Assembly (NCBI GenBank): GCA_036275655.1
Contig: DASUDK010000103.1
Location: 1-53,789 of the forward strand
From: Limnobacter sp.
GTDB lineage: Bacteria; Pseudomonadota; Gammaproteobacteria; Burkholderiales; Burkholderiaceae_B
Length of the DNA: 53,789 nucleotides
Direction: 5' to 3'
Of the stretch, positions 16,516 through 23,921 are shown piece after piece (position 1 is the stretch's first letter; every line of letters begins with the position of its first letter). Under the pieces are notes generated by a model. It was not told the DNA's origin. It saw nothing but the letters and a program-made list of their open reading frames with translations, and made no database searches. Made by a program: the position numbers and the translations under genes.

Positions 16516-16761
16516 ATGAAACTCGTAGACAATTCAGGACAAATACTCAAATACAGCTGGACCGTGCGCCTGTGTGCACTGGCCGCTGTGTGTCAAACCT
16601 TGGCCCAATTGTGGCCCCTCGTGGAGCCCCAGGTTGCATCGCTGGTAAGCCCGCAGGTTTTCAGTGTGTTGTCGTTGCTGTTTACCGCTGCGGCGATTGT
16701 GGCCCGGGTGATTCATCAAACTGTGCTGCACCAATCAAACGATGAGGAGGGCAAGCAATGA
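16516..16761 (+). CDS. Holin
   Basis: Small protein with two TM segments (MKLVDN...YSWTVRL), directly upstream of the endolysin. Confidence 0.75.
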   Translation: MKLVDNSGQILKYSWTVRLCALAAVCQTLAQLWPLVEPQVASLVSPQVFSVLSLLFTAAAIVARVIHQTVLHQSNDEEGKQ

Positions 16762-17237
16762 AGTGGGTTGATGAAGGCATGACCCACCTGGGCTTGGCTG
16801 AAATTCCGGGAGCCAAACACAACGCCACCATTGGCGCATGGCTGCGAAAGCTGGGTGCGTGGTGGGCCGACGACGAAACCCCGTGGTGTGGTGTGTTTGT
16901 GGCCCATTGCATGCGCGAAGCGGGTTTGTCGGTGCCCAAGTATTACATGCGTGCGAAAGCATGGGCCGACTGGGGTGTTGGTTTGTCTCGCCCGGTCTTT
17001 GGTTGCATTGTGGTTTTTGAGCGCAAAGGCGGCGGGCACGTGGGCATTGTTGTTGGCCAGGACCAGCAGGGCAATTTAATGGTGCTGGGCGGCAATCAGG
17101 GCAATCGAGTGAGTATTGCGCCGTTTGATCGGTCCCGCGTGATTGCATATCGATACCCGGCTGCGGTGCCAAGCCCCCAGGATCGCCCGCTGACACTTGT
17201 CACAAGCGACGGCAAACTTTCAAGCAATGAGGCCTGA
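16758..17237 (+). CDS. Endolysin, NlpC/P60 (TIGR02594-type)
   Basis: DDETPWCGVFV, GGGHVG and LGGNQ motifs. Confidence 0.9.
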   Translation: MKWVDEGMTHLGLAEIPGAKHNATIGAWLRKLGAWWADDETPWCGVFVAHCMREAGLSVPKYYMRAKAWADWGVGLSRPVFGCIVVFERKGGGHVGIVVGQDQQGNLMVLGGNQGNRVSIAPFDRSRVIAYRYPAAVPSPQDRPLTLVTSDGKLSSNEA

Positions 17238-17238
17238 C

Positions 17239-17772
17239 ATGGGTATTCGAGCAATCATTGGTGTGGTGCTGCTGCTCATGTCGTTTTGCGCAGGCTTTTA
17301 CGTCAAAGGCCTTCAATCGGAGCGCTACAGGCTCGAGCAAGACAATGCGCAAATTGAAAAGCAGTTGAAATTGATTGATTCTTTGCGCAAGCGCGAAGGG
17401 CAATTGACCAGAGATATTGAGATAATCAGGAACCAACGCGATGAAAACGAAGCGATTTTGCGCGCTGCTATTGACCAGCTTGACACTGAGCTGCGCAAGC
17501 GTCCCGCCAGGCCCACCGGCAAACCCAGTGCCGTGCCCAACAATCCCAGCGCTGTCCCCGCTGCAGCCGGGTGTGATGGATCACGACTATATGAGCAGGA
17601 TTCGAGGTTTCTTGTCGGGGAAGCTGCCCAGTGCACAACAACCCAACAATACCTCCGGGAATGCCGACAAGCCGTTGCCCACTTCAACAACAAAGTGATG
17701 TGCTTCAACGATCCCGCGTCCGAAGCATGCCAAGATTCAGTTTTTAACCCGCAAAAGGATATTGCGCCATGA
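17239..17772 (+). CDS. Rz: Inner-membrane spanin (Rz-like)
   Basis: N-terminal TM helix plus coiled coil, downstream of the endolysin. Confidence 0.8.
   Translation: MGIRAIIGVVLLLMSFCAGFYVKGLQSERYRLEQDNAQIEKQLKLIDSLRKREGQLTRDIEIIRNQRDENEAILRAAIDQLDTELRKRPARPTGKPSAVPNNPSAVPAAAGCDGSRLYEQDSRFLVGEAAQCTTTQQYLRECRQAVAHFNNKVMCFNDPASEACQDSVFNPQKDIAP
17441..17698 (+). CDS. Rz1: Outer-membrane lipoprotein spanin (Rz1-like), embedded in the +1 frame of Rz
   Basis: MKTKRFCALLLTSLTLSC signal peptide and lipobox followed by a Pro-rich region; fully nested in Rz. Confidence 0.8.
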   Translation: MKTKRFCALLLTSLTLSCASVPPGPPANPVPCPTIPALSPLQPGVMDHDYMSRIRGFLSGKLPSAQQPNNTSGNADKPLPTSTTK

Positions 17773-17969
17773 TTAAATTGGAACTAAATGTCAATCAAGT
17801 GGATGTTTTGATAATGGCCCTGGGTGAAATTCAGGCTAAGTTTTCGCATGACTTGATTCTGTACATTCAGAACGCGACAAAGGCACAACTGGCAGACCAA
17901 CCCGCGCCTGCACCAAAACCCCCACTTGAATCGCCGGAATTGACTGGCACAGACACACCCAAAAATTAG
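17769..17969 (+). CDS. Small hypothetical protein
   Basis: ATGA-coupled 66-aa ORF. Confidence 0.7.
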   Translation: MIKLELNVNQVDVLIMALGEIQAKFSHDLILYIQNATKAQLADQPAPAPKPPLESPELTGTDTPKN

Positions 17970-17978
17970 GAGTAGACC

Positions 17979-18161
17979 ATGGCAGCAGGATTAAGCAGGG
18001 CCGATGAGGACAAAAAGTGGCGCGCAGAGTGTGACATGCGCACGTTGATGGAGGCCGAAACGATCAAGGCCGACCCCAAACGACTGAAGGCTGCTCAAGC
18101 CATGGCCAAAGAAAAGATGATGGAAGCGGCCAAGGTGGCCGGTTCCGAATCAAAGTCTTAA
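17979..18161 (+). CDS. Small hypothetical protein
   Basis: AGGAG SD; WRAECDMRTLMEAETIKADPKRL helical motif. Confidence 0.75.
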   Translation: MAAGLSRADEDKKWRAECDMRTLMEAETIKADPKRLKAAQAMAKEKMMEAAKVAGSESKS

Positions 18162-18185
18162 ACCCGACAACGCAAGAGGTTTGCA

Positions 18186-19226
18186 ATGACAGCAAATGCA
18201 CAATTGGATGAACATATTTCGTCAACCATGTCAGCCGACGAGCTGGCTTTGCTCAATGACTCCGAAATGAGCGAAGAAGAGCGCGCCGCATTGGCCAAGG
18301 TGGCCGGTGGTGGCGACGATGATGATGACGATGAAGATGACGACGACAGCGCAGCCGGTTCGTCCAACAAAGAGCCCGTGGAGGGCAAGGGCGCACCTGA
18401 CCCCACTTCCACCGATGCCGATCCAGCAAAGGTGGCAGCGCAAAGCCAGGCAGCAGCCACCGCCGCCGCAGCCACCACCACTGCAGCAACCAGCGCGCCG
18501 GACCCAAAAGCAAGCGCACAAGCCAACACCGACGCAGGTGGTGTGGATACCGGCAAAACACAGACCGATGCTGGTGTGTTTTATCGGGTGGAGCTGCCCA
18601 AAGATTTTAACGATCAAGTCAAAACACTGACCGATGAGCGCACTGCCCTGCGCGCAAAACTTCGCGAAGGTGAAATTGACATTGACCAGTACGAGTCTGA
18701 GATTGATAAGGTCAACGACAAAATCAAGGCGCTTGACAACATTCGCCTGAAGGCCGAACTCAGCGCCGAAATGGAAGAGGCGTTTTACAAAAAGCAATGG
18801 GAAAACACCATTAGCAGCTTGTATCGCCAGGCGGCCAAGAATGATGGAATTGACTACACCAAGGATGCGGTTAAACAAAAAGACCTGGATATGTTTGTGC
18901 GCGTGCTGGGGGCCGACCCCGCGAACGAGGACAAGTCCATGGATTGGTTTTTGTCTGAGGCCCATCGCCGCGTGATGGCATTGCATGGCATTGCCGCCAA
19001 AACGCCCACGCAGCCCAACACCCCCAACAAGACCAACCGAAGCATGCCCGTGGATGCCGCGCCCAAGACACTGGCCCAGGTGCCCGGAAGCGACGGCCCA
19101 GGTGATGATGGCGGCAGCGAATTTGCCGACATTGATGCGCTAAACGGCGAAGAGCTTGAGGCGGCCATTGCAGACATGGCTCGCCGCAATCCCAAAGCGT
19201 ATGCAAAGTACATGGCGGGGAAATAA
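18186..19226 (+). CDS. Capsid scaffolding protein
   Basis: Acidic low-complexity N-terminus and coiled coil; position upstream of the capsid gene. Confidence 0.75.
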   Translation: MTANAQLDEHISSTMSADELALLNDSEMSEEERAALAKVAGGGDDDDDDEDDDDSAAGSSNKEPVEGKGAPDPTSTDADPAKVAAQSQAAATAAAATTTAATSAPDPKASAQANTDAGGVDTGKTQTDAGVFYRVELPKDFNDQVKTLTDERTALRAKLREGEIDIDQYESEIDKVNDKIKALDNIRLKAELSAEMEEAFYKKQWENTISSLYRQAAKNDGIDYTKDAVKQKDLDMFVRVLGADPANEDKSMDWFLSEAHRRVMALHGIAAKTPTQPNTPNKTNRSMPVDAAPKTLAQVPGSDGPGDDGGSEFADIDALNGEELEAAIADMARRNPKAYAKYMAGK

Positions 19227-19426
19227 TGGCCAAAAAATCCAGCTTGATCGTTGATATTAAGCCGGGCGAAACATTGGACCTGGGGGGATTGGCAACAATC
19301 TCCCTTGTTCAAAAAAGTGGCAAAGCGGCTCGACTGTGGGTGCAAGCAGACCGGCAGTTGAACGTAAACCATTCAGCTAGGCCAGCACTGGCCGAGGCTG
19401 AGAAAAAAAAGACCTGCGCCGACTGA
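19226..19426 (+). CDS. CsrA/RsmA-like protein (divergent)
   Basis: LIVDIKPGETLDLGGLATISLVQKSGKAARLWVQA aligns by eye with CsrA [35 protein letters not shown]. Confidence 0.6.
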   Translation: MAKKSSLIVDIKPGETLDLGGLATISLVQKSGKAARLWVQADRQLNVNHSARPALAEAEKKKTCAD

Positions 19427-19457
19427 TTGCCGTGCAAAGCATGGCATTCTGAGCGTG
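19427..19457 (+). promoter_or_regulatory. Putative late promoter (capsid operon)
   Basis: 29 of 31 nt identical to 32525-32555. Confidence 0.75.
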
Positions 19458-19516
19458 CAGAATTGAGCGCAAGACGTGCTCCGAAAAAAGTGAATCAACC
19501 TTTTTAGGAGTGCGTT

Positions 19517-20635
19517 ATGGCACGGACAATTATCGGCGTGAATGACGCCAAAGCAGTAAAGCGCTGGACCGCAGCGTTGACCTACGATGTATCCCAAAAA
19601 GGATACTTCAGTCAAAAATTCATGGCTCGCGGAACCGAGGCCGAAGTGCCCATTCAAATCCTGACCGATTTGGAATCCGACGCTGGCGAAATGATTTCCT
19701 ACGACTTGCTGGCCGAACTGAAAATGTCTCCCGTGGAAGGCGAGGACATTCTCGAGGGCAACGAAGAGCAGCAAAAATTTTATACCGACACCATCTACAT
19801 CGACCAAGCTCGTTGTGGTGTGAACACTGGTGGCCGCATGACCCGCAAGCGCACACTGCATGACTTGCGTGAAAAGGCCAAGCGCCAGCAATCCAACTGG
19901 TGGGCGCGCTTGATGGATGAGCTTTTGTTCATCTATCTGTCCGGTGCACGCGGCGTCAATGAAAACTTCATTTTGCGCGCAGGCTATACAGGTCGAGCAA
20001 ACAACGCCTTGGTGACACCAGACGCCAATCACCGTTTTTACGGTGGTGACGCCACTTCGTTTGCCAACATTGATGCAACCGACAAGATGGACCTGCGTCT
20101 GATTGACCGCATGAAAACCCGCGCGGACACCCAGGGTGGCGGTGCAACCAACATTCCGGTGTTGCAGCCAGTGAAGATGAACGGTGAGGAAAACTTTGTC
20201 TTTGTAATGCACACCTTCCAAGAGGATGCATTGCGCAGCAACACCCAGACCGGCCAATGGCTTGACATTCAAAAGGCGGCTGCTGCTGCCGAGGGTTCCA
20301 AGACCAATGCGATCTTCAAGGGTTCGCTGGGCATGTATCGCGGTGTTGTTCTCCACTCAAGCCGAAACGTGATTCGCTTTAACAACGCTGGCGCCGGTGG
20401 CAACGTTGAGGCCGCGCGTGGTTTGTTCTTGGGCTCTCAGGCTGCTGTGGTGGCCTTTGGCTCCCCGGGCACCGGCATGCGCTTCTCGTGGCACGAAGAA
20501 ACCCGCGACAACGGCGACAAGGTGGTGATTACAACTTCTTCGATCTTTGGTATCAAGAAAGTGACATACACAACCGACGCTGGCCCGCAGGACTTCGGCG
20601 TGTTTGCCGCTGACACCGCTGCGGCGGCAGTTTAA
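19517..20635 (+). CDS. Major capsid protein (N4-gp56 / DUF4043-like)
   Basis: LEGNEE...IYIDQARCGV...GRMTRKRTLHDLR; strong AGGAG SD. Confidence 0.9.
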   Translation: MARTIIGVNDAKAVKRWTAALTYDVSQKGYFSQKFMARGTEAEVPIQILTDLESDAGEMISYDLLAELKMSPVEGEDILEGNEEQQKFYTDTIYIDQARCGVNTGGRMTRKRTLHDLREKAKRQQSNWWARLMDELLFIYLSGARGVNENFILRAGYTGRANNALVTPDANHRFYGGDATSFANIDATDKMDLRLIDRMKTRADTQGGGATNIPVLQPVKMNGEENFVFVMHTFQEDALRSNTQTGQWLDIQKAAAAAEGSKTNAIFKGSLGMYRGVVLHSSRNVIRFNNAGAGGNVEAARGLFLGSQAAVVAFGSPGTGMRFSWHEETRDNGDKVVITTSSIFGIKKVTYTTDAGPQDFGVFAADTAAAAV

Positions 20636-20662
20636 CGGCCTGGCTGAATAAGGAGATTTGAC

Positions 20663-21109
20663 ATGGCTTTTGTAAATTCCAATGACTTCTTGACAGGCCG
20701 TCGCCCTGCCCGGTTCCCATCCGGTGCGGAAATTGTCTGCCAGCGCGCAAGCGTTGACCTGACAACCGGCGATTTGGTGTCCAACAACTTTGGTGCCGTG
20801 GGCTTGCTGCCTGCGGGCTGCGTGATGACCGGTCTGAAGGTGGATGCCGACGACCTGGACAGTGGCACAGGCACACTGACTCTGGACGTGGGCATCTTGA
20901 ATGCTGCGGGCACAGGGTTTGATGTGACGTTTGCCACCGGATTGACCGTGGGCGCAAGTGCGGGTGTGGTGGAGGTGTTGTCTGCAAACATGCTGCGCAT
21001 GAGCGCCAACAGCACAACCGATCGCAAGATTGGTGTGCGTATCAATGCGGCACCCAACGTGGCGCAAGCCGGAACCTTGTTCCTGCACTCGGAGTACCGC
21101 GCTGTTTAA
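20663..21109 (+). CDS. Capsid decoration/cement-like protein
   Basis: Directly after the capsid gene and before a terminator; LPAG...DDLDSGT...LDVG pattern. Confidence 0.7.
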   Translation: MAFVNSNDFLTGRRPARFPSGAEIVCQRASVDLTTGDLVSNNFGAVGLLPAGCVMTGLKVDADDLDSGTGTLTLDVGILNAAGTGFDVTFATGLTVGASAGVVEVLSANMLRMSANSTTDRKIGVRINAAPNVAQAGTLFLHSEYRAV

Positions 21110-21127
21110 TTTTTGGCGCGCAACCTG

Positions 21128-21154
21128 AAAGGGGTGGCAACACCCCTTTTTTTT
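21128..21154 (+). terminator. Intrinsic terminator after the capsid genes
   Basis: GGGGTG-GCAA-CACCCC followed by T8. Confidence 0.9.
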
Positions 21155-21170
21155 CAAAAGGCGGCACTAA

Positions 21171-21548
21171 ATGAAGATTCAAACCACAATTCCCCCTCGC
21201 AAAGACGGCACCGTTAATTTCACTGGCCAAGACGGCAAGGTATATACGTTCAAGGACGATGGTACCGGCTGTTTGGTGTGTGATGTGGATGGGCAGGCCG
21301 ACCTCAAGCGCATGCTGTTGAACCCACAATTTATGCCTGTGGACGAGGAAGATTTCCTCGATGCCGAGCGTTTGGCCGAACAGGCCGAAAAAGAGCTTGC
21401 AAAAAACGATGCCGCAGGCTTGGAACCAAAAGACAACGGCGATGATGACGATGATGACGACGAGGATGACGATGGCGCGCAAGGCGGTGAACCGCTTGAG
21501 GCCAACACGCCACCCAAGCGCATCAAGCCAAAGCCCAAGGCCAAATAA
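21171..21548 (+). CDS. Hypothetical virion-assembly protein with acidic tract
   Basis: 125-aa ORF in the structural operon. Confidence 0.7.
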   Translation: MKIQTTIPPRKDGTVNFTGQDGKVYTFKDDGTGCLVCDVDGQADLKRMLLNPQFMPVDEEDFLDAERLAEQAEKELAKNDAAGLEPKDNGDDDDDDDEDDDGAQGGEPLEANTPPKRIKPKPKAK

Positions 21549-21560
21549 AGGGGCTGCACA

Positions 21561-22211
21561 ATGAAACTGTGGTCGGCCTGGACTCGTGATGTTGCCCCGC
21601 ACGTATCCCAGTGCCCGGCCACCGTCATTGAGTTTGAGATTAGAAACGCGGCGCAAACCTTTTTCAGGGGTAGCCGCGCATGGCGCGAGGTGACAGGGTA
21701 CTTTCCTGTGACCGCAGGCCAGCAAACGGTGCTGGTGGAACCCAGCGACCCCACGCATGAGCTTGTTGAGCTGGATTCGTCTTTTGTCATGTTAGACAAC
21801 AAGCGACTTCCCCCAATCACCCCAGAGCAACTGGATAGCCTGTACACCGAGGATTGGACCACACTGACTGGCATGCCAGACAATCATTACTGCCTGACAC
21901 CCAATCAAGTGTCTTTGTTCAGGATTCCATCGCAAAACGCGATCAATGGACTCAAAGCGCGCATATCCATCACCGTATCCGACACGGCCACAGGCTTGCC
22001 CGATGAGATTGCCAATCGGTTTTGGGATGCCATTGTGGTGGGCGCTCGTGCGCGTTTGATGTTGTACAAAAACTCAGCCTGGTATGACGCGGACATGGCT
22101 GCGATGTACGGCAATGCATTTTCCGCAGCCATTGATGATGCCCGCCTGGACGCTGCACAGGCGTATTCCGGGGCACGGATCGTGGCTCGATCGACTTCTA
22201 AATGGTGCTGA
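21561..22211 (+). CDS. Putative head-tail adaptor protein
   Basis: Size, position and AIVVGARARLM...W motif. Confidence 0.65.
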   Translation: MKLWSAWTRDVAPHVSQCPATVIEFEIRNAAQTFFRGSRAWREVTGYFPVTAGQQTVLVEPSDPTHELVELDSSFVMLDNKRLPPITPEQLDSLYTEDWTTLTGMPDNHYCLTPNQVSLFRIPSQNAINGLKARISITVSDTATGLPDEIANRFWDAIVVGARARLMLYKNSAWYDADMAAMYGNAFSAAIDDARLDAAQAYSGARIVARSTSKWC

Positions 22212-22214
22212 CCT

Positions 22215-22631
22215 ATGACAATCCAATACTCGACCACCCTGCGCAATGCGCAATTGGATCAAATCGAAACAGTGACAGGTGTCACCCCTGAATTGCGCCT
22301 GTACAGCGGTGCAATCCCAGCCAATGCTGCGGCGGCCCCAACGGGCACGCTGCTTGTGCAAATGTCATTGCCTTCAGACTGGATGGCGGCGGCTTCCGGT
22401 GGCATCAAGGCCAAATCAGGCTCGTGGAGTGGCAGCGGGTTGGCAGGCGCGGGAACAGGCACGGCGGTGGGTTATTTCCGCATCTATGACAGCACAGGCA
22501 CAACCTGCCACATCCAAGGCACTGTCACGGTGACTGGCGCGGGTGGTGACATGACCATGGATAACACCAACGTGGCGCAGAACCAAGTGGTGACTGTCAA
22601 CACCTTTAGCGTGACCGCAGGCAACCCATGA
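22215..22631 (+). CDS. Putative virion fibre/structural subunit
   Basis: LRNAQLD...LRLYSGAIP...GYFRIYDS...IQGTV...GDMTMDNT family pattern. Confidence 0.7.
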   Translation: MTIQYSTTLRNAQLDQIETVTGVTPELRLYSGAIPANAAAAPTGTLLVQMSLPSDWMAAASGGIKAKSGSWSGSGLAGAGTGTAVGYFRIYDSTGTTCHIQGTVTVTGAGGDMTMDNTNVAQNQVVTVNTFSVTAGNP

Positions 22632-23302
22632 CCCCAGGTGCAATCAACGCCTCTCAGATCAATTACACCGTCATCAACGGGGCCGGTGGTGAGGGCATTA
22701 TTTTTTCGGATGTGTATTACACCCAGGAGCCCGACGAATACGCCATTGCGGCGGCCAATGCGGTGTTGTCCTCAGTGGCGAAAACCGAAGCCAACGATGC
22801 GGGCGCGAGCGCGGCCACCAATGCCATTGCGGTGACAAGCACAACAACCCAGCAAAGCCAGGACGATGATTCGTCGGCGGTGGTTTTTGTTGGTGCGTCC
22901 TCAAGCTACACACAGGGCGAACAAAATCAACTGACCACAGCACTGGCGGCCTTGTTGGCAGCCCTGTCTCAAACCCAAGAGAGTCAATTGTTGGATGCAC
23001 AGGCCGAGGCGGCATCGCTACAGGCGGTGGTGATGTACCTTCAGGCCAACAACACACTGCTGGCCAGCGCAACAACAGCCATTGCATCAAGTTTGTCGGC
23101 CACGCAACAGCATCAGCAAGCCGTGATTGATGCACTGAACGCAGTGGCAGTGGCCATGAGCAAGGCCGAGCTCAATGACACAACCAGCGCCGAGTTTGCC
23201 AGTGCGGTGTGGCGGCACATGGGCGGCTCGTCCGCGTCTGCTCACCCTGGTGGCTCATCCATCAACCCCCGCCAAGGCGGCTCTTCTGTGATGGTGCACT
23301 GA
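22628..23302 (+). CDS. Virion protein with about eight 21-aa repeats
   Basis: Periodic TQ/TE motifs; Ala/Ser/Thr-rich. Confidence 0.65.
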   Translation: MTPGAINASQINYTVINGAGGEGIIFSDVYYTQEPDEYAIAAANAVLSSVAKTEANDAGASAATNAIAVTSTTTQQSQDDDSSAVVFVGASSSYTQGEQNQLTTALAALLAALSQTQESQLLDAQAEAASLQAVVMYLQANNTLLASATTAIASSLSATQQHQQAVIDALNAVAVAMSKAELNDTTSAEFASAVWRHMGGSSASAHPGGSSINPRQGGSSVMVH

Positions 23303-23303
23303 C

Positions 23304-23921
23304 ATGGCCTTTACCCCACAAGACATCATCACCGAGGCCCGGTACATCTGCAACGATTTCCCGGACTCAGGCCTTTTTCGTCAGTCCAATGACGAATTGG
23401 TGCTGTACGTCAACTCAGGCCTGCGCGAAATGGCCACGTTCATGCCCATGATGTTTTCCACCATTGGCGACATGACGTGTGAAGCGGGTAAGGTGGAGCA
23501 AAAGATTACGTTTTTGGACGCCATTCGACTGCTTGATGTGATTTGCATTCACGATGGACCGGCAATCACACCCTTTCAGCGCGATGTGTTGGACCGATTT
23601 GACCCCAACTGGCGCACCGCAGCCCCAGGCCAAGCGGCACAATGGAGCCCAAAAGAGGGCGATCCGCTCACGTTTTACCTGGACAAGCCGGCGCCCTTGG
23701 GTCAAGTCATCGACATTCAATACGTGCGCAACCCACGGCAGTATGCGTTGGGCGACATTATTGGCGACGTGCCCGAGAGCTTTAAGCCTGCGCTGGTGGA
23801 TTACGTGGTGTATCGCAGTGAGGTAAAGGACGACGAGAACGTGTTGTCTGCTCGCGCTGCGGCGTTTTACACCGCATTCAAAACAAAAATTGGAGTCGTA
23901 GAGAATGGCCCTGCTACTTAA
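23304..23921 (+). CDS. Putative adaptor/tail tubular protein
   Basis: IITEAR...ELVLYVNSG...ALVDYVVYR pattern of podovirus adaptors. Confidence 0.7.
   Translation: MAFTPQDIITEARYICNDFPDSGLFRQSNDELVLYVNSGLREMATFMPMMFSTIGDMTCEAGKVEQKITFLDAIRLLDVICIHDGPAITPFQRDVLDRFDPNWRTAAPGQAAQWSPKEGDPLTFYLDKPAPLGQVIDIQYVRNPRQYALGDIIGDVPESFKPALVDYVVYRSEVKDDENVLSARAAAFYTAFKTKIGVVENGPAT

Noticed and set aside
16510-16518. Holin/antiholin dual start (Met-Cys-Met)
   Set aside because: The first ATG directly abuts the SD, and the extension has no charged residue.
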